A stretch of DNA of 63,628 nucleotides, filler included. It is 5 parts of 5 records of this genome, joined end to end, with 100 filler letters (N's around TTAATTAATTAA, not from the genome) between each part and the next. Parts side by side here need not be neighbours in the genome. Positions count along the whole stretch, not along the records: positions 46,006 to 57,901 come from SRR2962707_1604; positions 58,002 to 63,628 come from SRR2962707_1634; 3 more parts are not named here. One strand, given 5' to 3'. Positions within the stretch are counted from its first letter, which is position 1; every line of letters starts with the position of its first letter. Made by a program: the position numbers and the translations under genes. The notes beneath the pieces are model-generated. The model saw only the letters and a list, made by a program, of their open reading frames with translations. It searched no databases and had not been told where the DNA came from. Positions 50,725 through 60,698 of this stretch are shown here, piece after piece.

Positions 50725-52017
50725 TCAGGTCACGACACGCAACTGTTGCCTCGGGGCCGCGGTTCCGCGTCGCAGCGCATCATATGGGTCATCTGAGGCC
50801 AGCATCATGTCCACCACCTGGCGCAGCAATTGTCGCCGCCCTTTGGCCGAGTAGTAACCACCCGGCAGCTGGCTGGTCTCCAACAGGAAGCGACGGTAGT
50901 CTTTATAGGCCCGGCTGTCGGGGCGCGACGCGCATTCGAAAAACTCAGGCAAGGGTTGGACCGACACGAATTCGGGTTTGGCATAGACGGCATCCCCAAA
51001 GACTTTTAAGGGAATGCCGCGCCACAGAACCTGTTGTCCAGCTGTTGAATTCACGGTGACCGCGCTGCGGGCGTCATTCAGCAACTGGGCCAGTTTTCCG
51101 CCCCGCACGTAATGCACCCGATCTGAAATGCCGTGTTGTTTGGCCGCCGTCAGGATCGCGCGGCGCATATCGACGCGCCCGTCTTCCAACGGATGGGCTT
51201 TGAAAACAAGATGATGGTGCCCCGGAGCCCCTTTGGCAAAGCCGGAAATCACCAAATCAATAAAGTCAGGCATGGTCTCAAATGGGGAGTGCTTCTGAAA
51301 GCTGCTGTCATGCTCTAGCTGCATCAAAGCCAAATGATAGGGAAAACCGCCATATCGGATACGCGATGTTGCCACCACGCGATGCGCCCAGGTAAACGGC
51401 ATTGATAGCAATCTGTTGACGTAGAGCTTGAACTCCTTGGAGACTGTCAACGCGCGGTGAGGCCTGAAATTGCGGTATGCGTGATTTCGAAACATCACAA
51501 AACCGTGGTACAACGCTCCGTAAAACATGTGCTGGCGCATGTCGCCCCAATGGGCGGGGGGTAGCGGAGCTTCCATATCCGACAGCATCAGCGCGTCCTG
51601 CATATCCGAGACCGACATGGACATCAGTCTTGAGTTACCGTTTGAGCCGTCTCTTTCATAGGTGACCCAATAGGGGCGCATGTAACCTTCTTCGAAAACA
51701 TGAACCGTCAGGCCAAGTTTCTTCGCCTCTTCAACCGCTTGGGCGTGAATGGGGCGGGTGTCGCCATAAAGAACAATATCCGTGATACGCTTTTCCGCAA
51801 CGATCGTGAGAAAGGTATCACGCCACTGTTCAACCGGGTCTTCGAACGAGATATAGCTGGATTTATCGGGCCAAAAGGCGCGGTCGCCGGCATTGAAGCC
51901 AACGCGAAACACGTCACCACCAGCCCGGCGCACCATTGTGCCAAGACGGCTGAAAAAGGGCCCATGTGGCCCCTGAAGGAAAAGAAAAACGCGCGACTGC
52001 CTGCTTGCCTTGCTCAT
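50725..52017 (-). CDS. kpsS: Capsular polysaccharide biosynthesis protein KpsS
   Basis: LQGPHGPFF, YGDTRPIH, FEEGYMRP, FKAHP, TVNSTAG. Confidence 0.88.
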   Translation of the reverse strand: MSKASRQSRVFLFLQGPHGPFFSRLGTMVRRAGGDVFRVGFNAGDRAFWPDKSSYISFEDPVEQWRDTFLTIVAEKRITDIVLYGDTRPIHAQAVEEAKKLGLTVHVFEEGYMRPYWVTYERDGSNGNSRLMSMSVSDMQDALMLSDMEAPLPPAHWGDMRQHMFYGALYHGFVMFRNHAYRNFRPHRALTVSKEFKLYVNRLLSMPFTWAHRVVATSRIRYGGFPYHLALMQLEHDSSFQKHSPFETMPDFIDLVISGFAKGAPGHHHLVFKAHPLEDGRVDMRRAILTAAKQHGISDRVHYVRGGKLAQLLNDARSAVTVNSTAGQQVLWRGIPLKVFGDAVYAKPEFVSVQPLPEFFECASRPDSRAYKDYRRFLLETSQLPGGYYSAKGRRQLLRQVVDMMLASDDPYDALRRGTAAPRQQLRVVT

Positions 52018-52128
52018 GGTACAGATTTACCTACACTCTTTGACACAATACATACCTTCCGAGTTCGGCAAAATTATGGCTCATAAAACTAGGCCTACCG
52101 AACGAATTGCAAAAGGACACCTCGCCAG

Positions 52129-52716
52129 ATGTTTACAGGAATTGTCACCGATATGGGAGAGGTTATCGAGCTGGAGCAACGCGGCGATCTGCGCGCCCGC
52201 ATTGGCACCAGCTATGACACCGCCGGAATAGATATTGGCGCCTCCATTGCCTGCGATGGCGTTTGCCTGACCGTGGTCGATTTGGGCGACAGCTGGTTTG
52301 ATGTTGAGATCAGCGCAGAGACAGTCAGCAAGACAAACCTTGACCTTTGGGAGAACGGGCGTCGGCTGAACCTTGAGCGGGCGCTCAAGGTCGGAGATGA
52401 ATTGGGCGGGCATATCGTCAGCGGCCATGTGGATGGCGTTGCAGAAATCATCGCGATGACAGAAGAAGGCGACAGCACCCGTGTCACCCTGCGCGCGCCG
52501 CTTAGTCTGGCAAAGTATATTGCGTCAAAGGGATCCGTGGCCTTGAACGGAACCTCCTTGACCGTGAATGAGGTCGATGGCTGTGATTTTGGCATCAATT
52601 TCATTCCTCACACGAAGGACGTTACCACATGGGGGCGCGCAGCTGTCGGCGACCGGATCAACTTGGAAATTGATACCTTGGCCCGATATGTCGCCCGTCT
52701 GCAGGAAATGAGCTGA
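52129..52716 (+). CDS. ribE: Riboflavin synthase (alpha chain; ribC in E. coli nomenclature)
   Basis: MFTGIV, GASIACDGVCLTV, LNLERAL, GGHIVSGHVDG. Confidence 0.96.
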   Translation: MFTGIVTDMGEVIELEQRGDLRARIGTSYDTAGIDIGASIACDGVCLTVVDLGDSWFDVEISAETVSKTNLDLWENGRRLNLERALKVGDELGGHIVSGHVDGVAEIIAMTEEGDSTRVTLRAPLSLAKYIASKGSVALNGTSLTVNEVDGCDFGINFIPHTKDVTTWGRAAVGDRINLEIDTLARYVARLQEMS

Positions 52717-52722
52717 CGCAGA

Positions 52723-52774
52723 TATCTTTTGGCTGAAAATATCCTCAGGGAGCGCGAGGGGGGAGCCCCCTCGC
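52723..52774. repeat. Roseobacter-type short intergenic repeat/hairpin
   Basis: TCTTTTGGCTGAAAATATCC...GCGAGGGGG-GAG-CCCCCTCGC; family resemblance from memory. Confidence 0.5.
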
Positions 52775-52806
52775 TTCGGTCGCGCTCATTTGAGGACGAA
52801 AAATAA

Positions 52807-52821
52807 GAACAGAATGCGAAC
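52807..52821. promoter_or_regulatory. LexA (SOS) box upstream of uvrD
   Basis: GAAC-AGAATGC-GAAC, i.e. GAAC-N7-GAAC. Confidence 0.88.
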
Positions 52822-52862
52822 AACTCTTTAATTTCCTCTCATTCCGAGATAGTTTCTTCCAA

Positions 52863-55226
52863 ATGAGCACGTACGATGAAATGGATGCCTTCGAAGGCGC
52901 ATCGCTGTCCGCCCGCGCTATGGCGGCGCGGCCCTCTCCTTATTTGGATCAGCTGAATCCAGCGCAGCGCGAAGCGGTGGAAAGGCTGGATGGACCGGTT
53001 TTGATGCTTGCAGGTGCGGGGACAGGCAAAACCAAGGCCCTGACCGCGCGCATCGTCCATCTGCTCAATACCGGACGGGCCCGTCCAAACGAAATCCTGT
53101 CGGTGACGTTTACCAATAAAGCCGCACGCGAGATGAAAACCCGCGTCGGGCAATTGTTGGGCCAGACGGTCGAAGGCATGCCATGGCTGGGTACGTTCCA
53201 TTCAATCTGTGTCAAACTGTTGCGGCGTCATGCGGAACTGGTCGACCTGAAATCCAACTTCACCATTCTGGATACGGACGATCAGCTCCGTCTCCTCAAA
53301 CAGCTGGTGCGTGCAGCCGGGATCGATGACAAACGTTGGCCCGCGCGCCAACTGGCCAATGTGATCGACGGGTGGAAGAACCGGGCCTTGACGCCGGATC
53401 GTGTCCCGGTCGCGGATGCCGGGGCTTATAACCACGCGGGACCAAAGCTTTATGCGCAATATCAGGCCCGTTTGCAGGAGCTGAACGCCGTCGATTTTGG
53501 CGATCTTCTGTTGCATATGGTGACGATCTTTCAAAAACATGAAGATGTTTTGCAGCAATACCAGCGGTGGTTCCGGTATATCCTCGTAGACGAATATCAG
53601 GATACCAACGTGGCCCAGTATCTCTGGCTGCGCCTGCTTGCCGCCGGACATCGCAATATTTGCTGTGTCGGCGATGATGATCAGTCGATCTATGGGTGGC
53701 GTGGGGCCGAAGTGGGCAATATTTTGCGTTTCGAAAAAGATTTCGAAGGCGCACATGTTGTCCGGCTTGAACAGAATTATCGTTCGACACCGCATATATT
53801 GGCCGCGGCCAGCGGTGTGATCGCAGGCAATACTGGACGTTTGGGCAAATCTCTTTGGACGGATGTCAAAGAAGGCGAAAAGGTCCGTCTGATTGGGCAT
53901 TGGGACGGCGAAGAAGAAGCGCGCTGGATCGGAGAAGAAATCGAAGCCATGCAACGTGGAACACGAGGTTTGCGCAGCGTGTCGCTGGATGAAATGGCGA
54001 TTTTGGTCCGCGCATCACACCAAATGCGGGCCTTTGAAGATCGTTTCCTGACCATTGGATTGCCATATCGTGTGATCGGAGGCCCTCGATTTTACGAACG
54101 TCTCGAAATTCGCGATGCCATGGCCTATTTCCGGTTGGTGGTCAGCCCCGACGATGATTTGGCCTTTGAGCGGATCGTGAACACACCAAAGCGCGGGCTG
54201 GGTGACAAGGCGCAACAAACCATTCAAACTACTGCGCGCAGCAACAGCGTGTCCTTGTTGGACGGCGCGGCCCTGGCTGTTGAGCAGGGGTTGATCAAAG
54301 GCAAGGGCGGCAAGGAACTTGCCAAGCTGGTGGTTGATTTGGCCCGCTGGCGGCAATTGGGGCGTGAAGAGCGGATGAGCCACATGGAACTGGCAGAAAC
54401 TTTGCTGGATGAAAGTGGCTACACCACGATGTGGCAAAACGACAAAACGCCCGAAGCCCCGGGACGTCTGGAAAATCTGAAAGAACTTGTAAAGGCCTTA
54501 GAGAATTTCGAGAACCTACAGGGGTTCTTGGAACATGTCAGTCTGATCATGGACAACGAAACCGACGATGGCGGAGCCAAAATCAGCATCATGACATTGC
54601 ATGGTGCCAAGGGGCTGGAGTTTCCCGCCGTGTTCCTGCCCGGCTGGGAAGATGGCTTGTTTCCATCTCAACGCTCTATGGACGAAAGCGGTGTCAAAGG
54701 GCTCGAGGAAGAGCGACGCCTCGCCTATGTCGGCATAACGCGGGCCGAAGAAATTTGCACGATTTCCTTTGCGGCGAACCGGCGCGTATTTGGTCAGTGG
54801 CAATCGGCTTTGCCGTCCCGGTTCATTGATGAGTTGCCCGAAGCGCATGTCGATGTTCTGACTCCGCCGGGGCTTTATGGCGGTGGTTTCGGTGCCGCAG
54901 GCATGTCTTCGGAAAGTGGGTCTGCCTCCTCGGGTGTAGAACGGCGCGCAGCCGAAGCAGACGTCTATAATTCTCCGGGTTGGAAGCGCTTGCAGGCCCG
55001 CTCGGCAGAACGTCCTGTTAGCCAGCCGCGTGAATCAAAAAATACGATTATCGACCTAGAGGCGGTCTCTAGTTTTGTCATGGGTGAGCGGGTGTTTCAT
55101 CAGAAATTCGGCTATGGTGCCATCGTTGGAATCGAAGGGGACAAGCTGGAAGTTGCCTTTGATAAGGCCGGTACAAAAAAGGTGATCTCGCGTTTTCTAT
55201 GCGCGGCGGATGATATCCCGTTCTGA
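52863..55226 (+). CDS. uvrD: UvrD/PcrA-family ATP-dependent DNA helicase
   Basis: AGAGTGKT, TFTNKAA, LVDEYQDTN, VGDDDQSIY, MTLHGAKGLEF, EERRLAYVGITRA. Confidence 0.93.
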   Translation: MSTYDEMDAFEGASLSARAMAARPSPYLDQLNPAQREAVERLDGPVLMLAGAGTGKTKALTARIVHLLNTGRARPNEILSVTFTNKAAREMKTRVGQLLGQTVEGMPWLGTFHSICVKLLRRHAELVDLKSNFTILDTDDQLRLLKQLVRAAGIDDKRWPARQLANVIDGWKNRALTPDRVPVADAGAYNHAGPKLYAQYQARLQELNAVDFGDLLLHMVTIFQKHEDVLQQYQRWFRYILVDEYQDTNVAQYLWLRLLAAGHRNICCVGDDDQSIYGWRGAEVGNILRFEKDFEGAHVVRLEQNYRSTPHILAAASGVIAGNTGRLGKSLWTDVKEGEKVRLIGHWDGEEEARWIGEEIEAMQRGTRGLRSVSLDEMAILVRASHQMRAFEDRFLTIGLPYRVIGGPRFYERLEIRDAMAYFRLVVSPDDDLAFERIVNTPKRGLGDKAQQTIQTTARSNSVSLLDGAALAVEQGLIKGKGGKELAKLVVDLARWRQLGREERMSHMELAETLLDESGYTTMWQNDKTPEAPGRLENLKELVKALENFENLQGFLEHVSLIMDNETDDGGAKISIMTLHGAKGLEFPAVFLPGWEDGLFPSQRSMDESGVKGLEEERRLAYVGITRAEEICTISFAANRRVFGQWQSALPSRFIDELPEAHVDVLTPPGLYGGGFGAAGMSSESGSASSGVERRAAEADVYNSPGWKRLQARSAERPVSQPRESKNTIIDLEAVSSFVMGERVFHQKFGYGAIVGIEGDKLEVAFDKAGTKKVISRFLCAADDIPF

Positions 55227-55335
55227 GGTTGCCTTGGAATTACCAATTTTATTCTTCTCAGCATGGAACGATAGGGAAAGCCAATCTTCCTGTGCCAGAC
55301 GGTCTTGACCCCGAGAAGGCGCAATACTAATGAAC

Positions 55336-55392
55336 TTTCGTGGCGATTTGTTACCTGATTGCGGGCCACGTTAAATATTCCGCTAAAGAGGT
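55336..55392 (+). promoter_or_regulatory. SAM-II (alpha-SAM) riboswitch
   Basis: CGTGGCGATTTG...TTGCGGGCCACGTTAAATATTCCGCTAAAGAGG upstream of metZ. Confidence 0.88.
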
Positions 55393-55401
55393 CAGACGAA
55401 G

Positions 55402-55436
55402 GACTTCCTTTCGCTTGGCCGAACGGGAGTTTTTTT
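55402..55436 (+). terminator. Terminator-like hairpin in the metZ leader
   Basis: GACTTCCTTTCG-CTTGGC-CGAACGGGAG followed by T7. Confidence 0.65.
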
Positions 55437-55465
55437 ATGGGCAGAATTTGCCCGGAGGACGAGAC

Positions 55466-56644
55466 ATGACTAACAGACGCACGCGGACCAATCTTGTTCA
55501 CGGTGGGACCAAACGCAGCCACTGGGGTGAATTGAGCGAAGCCATTTTCATGACGCAGGGCTTTGCTTATGACAGCGCAGAGCAAGCACAGCAGCGTTTT
55601 GTCGATTGCGGACCAGATGAGTTCATCTATGCCCGTTATGGCAATCCAACTGTTGCGATGTTCCAAGAACGTATCGCCATGCTAGAAGGCGCAGAGGCGG
55701 CTTTTGCCACGGCAAGCGGTATGGCTGCGGTCAACGGTGCTTTGATGTCGATGCTGAAGACCGGCGATCATGTCGTGTCGTCGCGCGCGCTCTTTGGCTC
55801 CTGTTTGTATATTCTTGAAGAGATTTTGACCCGTTACGGTGTTGAAGTGACTTTTGTCGACGGTGCAGATCTAACCCAGTGGGAAGCTGCCCTACGTCCA
55901 GAGACAAAGGCCGTGTTCTTTGAATCCATGTCCAACCCAACCTTGGAATTGGTGGATATCGAGGCCGTCTCGATACTGGCCCACGCTGTTGGCGCGAAGG
56001 TTATCGTCGATAACGTGTTCTCGACACCGGTTTATTCTGACGCCATCGCACAAGGTGCGGATGTTGTTGTTTATTCGGCGACAAAGCATATCGACGGTCA
56101 GGGCCGCGCGTTGGGTGGTGTCATTTTGGGAACAACTGAGTTCATCAGTAAGACCGTTGAGCCCTACATGAAGCATACCGGCGGTTCCATGAGCCCGTTT
56201 ACAGCTTGGATCATGCTTAAGGGGATGGAAACGCTGGACTTGCGTGTTCGCGCTCAAACAGCATCTGCAGGGCTGATTGCGACGGCGGTTGAAGGTCATC
56301 CAAAGGTTGAGAAAGTCCTCCATCCGGGGCTGCCAAGTCATCCGCAACACGACTTGGCTCAGCGTCAGCTTGGCGCCGGTGGCACCATGGTGGCCTTTGT
56401 GATCAAGGGCGGAATGGAAGCTGCGTTCAAGTTCTGTAACGCACTGGAAATTATATTGATTTCCAATAACTTGGGCGATGCTAAGTCGATTGCGACCCAT
56501 CCGACCACGACCACGCACCAACGTTTAAGTGACGAACAACGCCAATCACTGGGCATCGATGATGGGTTGATCCGCCTGTCTGTTGGGATCGAAGATTCTG
56601 ACGACCTCATCGAAGATGTGTTGCAGGCGCTCGAAGCCGTTTGA
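55466..56644 (+). CDS. metZ: O-succinylhomoserine sulfhydrylase
   Basis: YARYGNPT, ASGMAA, VDNVF, YSATKHIDGQGR, NLGDAKS; RBS GGAGG. Confidence 0.93.
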   Translation: MTNRRTRTNLVHGGTKRSHWGELSEAIFMTQGFAYDSAEQAQQRFVDCGPDEFIYARYGNPTVAMFQERIAMLEGAEAAFATASGMAAVNGALMSMLKTGDHVVSSRALFGSCLYILEEILTRYGVEVTFVDGADLTQWEAALRPETKAVFFESMSNPTLELVDIEAVSILAHAVGAKVIVDNVFSTPVYSDAIAQGADVVVYSATKHIDGQGRALGGVILGTTEFISKTVEPYMKHTGGSMSPFTAWIMLKGMETLDLRVRAQTASAGLIATAVEGHPKVEKVLHPGLPSHPQHDLAQRQLGAGGTMVAFVIKGGMEAAFKFCNALEIILISNNLGDAKSIATHPTTTTHQRLSDEQRQSLGIDDGLIRLSVGIEDSDDLIEDVLQALEAV

Positions 56645-56779
56645 TCTAAATTTTACCCATTTCCAGGATTGTTAATGATCTGGAAATGGGCTTTCGCTGT
56701 ATAAAAGGTATGCGAATGGAAATTCGTTGTCCGGATGCCTATCTACTGTAGGATTGGCGGCGAAAGAGGATGTTGTCAG

Positions 56780-57874
56780 ATGAATGTATACACACCGCAA
56801 ATTGGGCGTGAGTTGACGATAGACGATGCAGAACAAGCCCTGCACCTGTTGCGACAGTGGGCGTCTAAGGCGGCCGAGGGCGATATCGAAGCGCTGGACC
56901 CTGCGGTGAAACGTTTGCTGGCCGATCAGGCGACGTATCCTGATTTTTCCAATAAGTATCCCTCTGAGTTTGATGCGTCTGCCTCCTATCGCGAAACATT
57001 GCCTGATCTTCAGAACGGGCCGGCCTCGCTCATCCGGGGGGAAAACCGGGCCATTCAGCATGTCGGAATTTCCAATTTCCGCTTGCCTCTGCAATTGCAT
57101 ACACGTGACAACGGCGACCTCACATTGGAAACCAGCGTCACAGGAACCGTCAGCCTAGAGGCGGACAAAAAGGGCATTAACATGTCCCGGATCATGCGGT
57201 CCTTTTACACCCATGCCGAAAAGACATTTAGCTTCGAAGTGATCGAAGCAGCGCTTGATGACTACAAATCGGATCTTGAGAGTTTCGATGCGCGCATCAA
57301 CATGCGGTTCTCCTTCCCGACAAAAGTAAACAGCCTGCGTTCGGGTCTGCAAGGCTATCAGTATTATGACATCGCCCTTGAGTTGGTCGAAGTGGACGGC
57401 GTACGGCGCAAAATCATGCACTTGGACTATGTCTACAGCTCGACCTGTCCTTGCTCGCTTGAGCTTAGCGAACATGCCCGCCGTGAACGCGGACAGCTTG
57501 CCACGCCTCATTCTCAGCGCTCTGTGGCGCGGATCTCGGTTGAGGTTCTTCCGGGCAAGTGTCTCTGGTTCGAAGACATCATTGATATGTGCAGAAGCGC
57601 GGTGCCGACAGAAACGCAAGTGATGGTCAAGCGCGAGGATGAGCAAGCCTTTGCTGAACTGAATGCAGCTAACCCGATCTTTGTAGAAGACGCTGCCCGG
57701 CTTTTTGCTGAGCAATTGCAAAAGGATGACCGGGTTGGGGACTATCGGGTTTTGGCCAGCCACCAGGAAAGCCTGCACAGCCATGATGCGGTTTCGGTGC
57801 TGACAGAAGGCGACATGTTTGCTCAGGATAGCCTTGATCCAAAATTGTTCTCAACGCTGTTCCACGTCGGATGA
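56780..57874 (+). CDS. folE2: GTP cyclohydrolase IB (FolE2)
   Basis: LPDLQ, KKGINMSRIMR, STCPCS, TPHSQRS, VKREDE, PIFVED, ESLHSHDA. Confidence 0.93.
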   Translation: MNVYTPQIGRELTIDDAEQALHLLRQWASKAAEGDIEALDPAVKRLLADQATYPDFSNKYPSEFDASASYRETLPDLQNGPASLIRGENRAIQHVGISNFRLPLQLHTRDNGDLTLETSVTGTVSLEADKKGINMSRIMRSFYTHAEKTFSFEVIEAALDDYKSDLESFDARINMRFSFPTKVNSLRSGLQGYQYYDIALELVEVDGVRRKIMHLDYVYSSTCPCSLELSEHARRERGQLATPHSQRSVARISVEVLPGKCLWFEDIIDMCRSAVPTETQVMVKREDEQAFAELNAANPIFVEDAARLFAEQLQKDDRVGDYRVLASHQESLHSHDAVSVLTEGDMFAQDSLDPKLFSTLFHVG

Positions 57875-57901
57875 CGGGCCTTCAAGCGATCTAAGCGTCT
57901 C

Positions 57902-58001
57902 NNNNNNNNNNNNNNNNNNNNNNNNNNNNNNNNNNNNNNNNNNNNTTAATTAATTAANNNNNNNNNNNNNNNNNNNNNNNNNNNNNNNNNNNNNNNNNNN
58001 N
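57902..58001. other. Artificial contig spacer
   Basis: N-run, TTAATTAATTAA, N-run. Confidence 0.97.
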
Positions 58002-58174
58002 GCCGTCGTCGCGAGAATGTCCGCATCCACGCCTTCGCCGAGCGACTCGTCCCAGGCGTCGAGGATGTTTTGCAGCGCCATGCGCCGCTGTTCCGTCTCG
58101 GAAAGGGGGGAGGTCTCGTATCCGTCCTCGTCGAGCGGACCGAAACTGGCGTCACCCGGAAAATCTTCGGCCAT
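58002..58174 (-). CDS. Alphaproteobacterial hypothetical protein (3' truncated)
   Basis: EQRRMALQNILDAWDESLGEGVD; RBS AGAGGG. Confidence 0.65.
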
Positions 58175-58345
58175 TGGTCCCTCTCTTCGCTTTACTCACA
58201 CACGGGGGGGCGTCCTGCCCGCGCCGGGTCTCTTTCGGCTTTTGTAACATACTCATGCCGAATGTCTCCCGTTTCATGAAAGACAGGTTAATGAGCGTCA
58301 CAATGGGTCAAATCTGGATGGAACGGTAATTTTTCCCGGGAAACC

Positions 58346-58777
58346 CTATCGTCCGTAGGAAGACCGGCTGCCATGGCCGCTCGCCGCAAGTTCCTCGGAC
58401 AGCCGCTGCCCGTCCCGCATCAGCGTGTCGGCTTGCGTCGCCGCCGTCGTGGTGCAGTTCGGATAAGCGTTCCGGTAGCGGTAGTAGGCATCGTTGAAAT
58501 GCTTGATGAGTGCCTGCCGCTCCGTCTCGGAGAGGCTCACCGCGCCCATCATCTCGATCATCTTGTTGCGCCAGAGCTGGCCCTCATTGGTGCCGCACAG
58601 CGCGCGCAGATGGTGAACGGCGCCCAGCACTTCGGCGAGCTGCGTGATGCCGCCTGGCAGCGCCTCCGCCCGCACGCTGAAAAACGGCAGGGTGGCGACA
58701 GCAGCCGCAAGCACCAGCGGCAGCAGGCGCCGCCGCTTCGTCTTGATCGTCCCAAATCTGGAAAAATCCTGTGTCAT
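58346..58777 (-). CDS. TIGR02301-like secreted protein
   Basis: LAEVLGAVHHLRALC...WRNKM...FNDAY...YPNCT. Confidence 0.8.
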   Translation of the reverse strand: MTQDFSRFGTIKTKRRRLLPLVLAAAVATLPFFSVRAEALPGGITQLAEVLGAVHHLRALCGTNEGQLWRNKMIEMMGAVSLSETERQALIKHFNDAYYRYRNAYPNCTTTAATQADTLMRDGQRLSEELAASGHGSRSSYGR

Positions 58778-58880
58778 TTCGCCCCGAAGGCCTTCCTGCG
58801 CTCTTTAGGCCGCGCGTCTTGCGGCTTTTAGTGCAGGAACCGGGCCTTCTTTGGGCGCCGGGGACAGACTGAGGCGCAGG

Positions 58881-59846
58881 TCAGCCGAACTTCTTCAGCC
58901 GCTCCAGCACCTCTTCGGCCTCCGCCATCGTCTTTTCCACGATATCGGCCGCGCTCAGCACCTCGTGAATGCCGCCCGCGCCCTGGCCCATCGCGAAGCA
59001 GGAGCGGTCGCGCTCCAGCCCTTCGATCTGCCCGCCGATCCCGCCCATCACATTCGCCTGGTGCGAAATGATCGCCTGCTGCGGGAACGGCTGGATGTCG
59101 GCCGGCCGGCTCTCCCAGTCCTGCACGTAAGGATTGTTGAACACGCGCATCGTCTTGCCGGAATAACACCGCGTCACGATGGTGTCCGTGTCCGTCGCGT
59201 CGACGATCACCTGCCGGTACATGTCGCCCGCATGAGATTCTTTCGCCGCAATGAACCGCGTCCCCATCCACACGCCCTGCGCGCCGAAGGCGAGCGCCGC
59301 CGCAAGGCCGCGCCCGTCGACAATGGAACCGGCCGCGATAACGGGAATAGACTTCACCGCATCCACGATCTGCGGGATCAGCGCCATGCCGGCGACCTTG
59401 CCCGTATGTCCGCCGCCTTCCGTTCCTTGCGCGATCACGCCGTCGAGCCCGGCCTTCTCGCCCGAGACGGCGTGTTTCACCGTCCCGCACACATTCATCA
59501 CCTTCATGCCCGCGCCGTGCAGCTTCTCGAGAATGTTCGTCGGCACGCCAAGCCCGGAAATGAACGCCGTCGCGCCTTCCTCGATCATGATGTCCGCCGT
59601 CCGCTCCAGCGATTCCGGCACGGCGGCCAGCAGGTCGACGCCAAACGGCTTGTCGGTCAGGTCCTTCACCTTCTTCATCTCGGCGCGGATTTCCTCCGGC
59701 TGCCGCCCCGCCATGCCGAGCGTGCCGAAGCCGCCCGCATTGGAAACGGCGGCGACGAGTTCGGCGTAGGAAACCCCGCCCATGCCCGCCAGCATGATCG
59801 GATATTTGACGCCCAGAAGGTCGCAAAGCGGTGTGTGAATGGCCAT
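58881..59846 (-). CDS. Nitronate monooxygenase / FabK-like flavin oxidoreductase
   Basis: PIMLAGMGGVS, AQGTEGGGHTG, AAGSIVDGRG, WMGTRF. Confidence 0.9.
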   Translation of the reverse strand: MAIHTPLCDLLGVKYPIMLAGMGGVSYAELVAAVSNAGGFGTLGMAGRQPEEIRAEMKKVKDLTDKPFGVDLLAAVPESLERTADIMIEEGATAFISGLGVPTNILEKLHGAGMKVMNVCGTVKHAVSGEKAGLDGVIAQGTEGGGHTGKVAGMALIPQIVDAVKSIPVIAAGSIVDGRGLAAALAFGAQGVWMGTRFIAAKESHAGDMYRQVIVDATDTDTIVTRCYSGKTMRVFNNPYVQDWESRPADIQPFPQQAIISHQANVMGGIGGQIEGLERDRSCFAMGQGAGGIHEVLSAADIVEKTMAEAEEVLERLKKFG

Positions 59847-59999
59847 TGGAAGTCTCCCTGCGCGCGGAATTGCCGGCGCTCGCCGGTTCCGTCAATTAGT
59901 TCGGTTGCCTAACTAAAACCTGTGGGCCCCCGCTGTCAATCCTGCCCGGCCGCCGTTTCCGCCATATTTTCGTCTCCTCCGGCGGCGAGCCTGTCGCTC

Positions 60000-60698
60000 A
60001 TGTCACATGTCTCCCTGCCTTCCCCCTTCCGTTTTCCCGTTTTCGCCCTCGCGGTGGCCGCCGCCGCTCTGCTGCTCGCCGCCTGCACCACGGAAAAGCG
60101 ATCCGCCCCCTCGCGCACCGCGACCGAACAATTGATGATTTCCGCCGCCGCCGACCGCGCGGCGCAAAACCTGTCGATCGGCATTCCCTCGGGCTCCAAG
60201 GTCTTTGTCGACGCGAGTTATTTCGAAGGCACCGACAGCAAATACGCCATCGGCACCATCCGCGACCGGCTGCTGCGCCGTGGCGCGCATCTGGTGGAAA
60301 AGCGCGAACAGGCGGAATTGATCGTGGAGCTCCGCGCAGGCGCGCTTTCCATCGACGAGAATTCGCTCATCATCGGCATCCCGCAAATGGATGTGCCGGT
60401 CCCGCTCGCGGGCAGCTTCGCGCTTCCCGAAATCGCCCTCTTCAAGCGCGACAGGCGTCAGGGCATCGCGAAATTCGCCGCCACCGGCTACGACGCCGAG
60501 ACCGGCAAGATCGTCGCAAGTTCGGCGTCCGATTTCGGCTTCTCCCAGCAGACCGAATATGATGCGCTCTTCGTCATCTCGTGGTCGACCAGCGACGTGA
60601 TGCCGGAGGGAACGGAAGATCTGCTCGCCGGTTCTCCGAAGACCGCACATGCGGGCGAGAAATGGAATCCTGAAGGCAACATGGCGAGGAAAAAATGA
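60000..60698 (+). CDS. Lipoprotein (DUF6655-like)
   Basis: Lipobox LAAC; RTATEQLMISAAADRA. Confidence 0.7.
   Translation: MSHVSLPSPFRFPVFALAVAAAALLLAACTTEKRSAPSRTATEQLMISAAADRAAQNLSIGIPSGSKVFVDASYFEGTDSKYAIGTIRDRLLRRGAHLVEKREQAELIVELRAGALSIDENSLIIGIPQMDVPVPLAGSFALPEIALFKRDRRQGIAKFAATGYDAETGKIVASSASDFGFSQQTEYDALFVISWSTSDVMPEGTEDLLAGSPKTAHAGEKWNPEGNMARKK

Noticed and set aside
47448-52017. kpsS-wza-kpsC cluster as an accessory island
   Set aside because: No mobility signs, and composition looks like that of flanking core genes; it appears to be an ordinary Rhodobacteraceae locus.
34758-57874. Apparent folate/methionine theme (folE, DHFR-like, folE2, metE, metZ)
   Set aside because: The genes lie on different contigs from different taxa; co-occurrence comes from concatenation.
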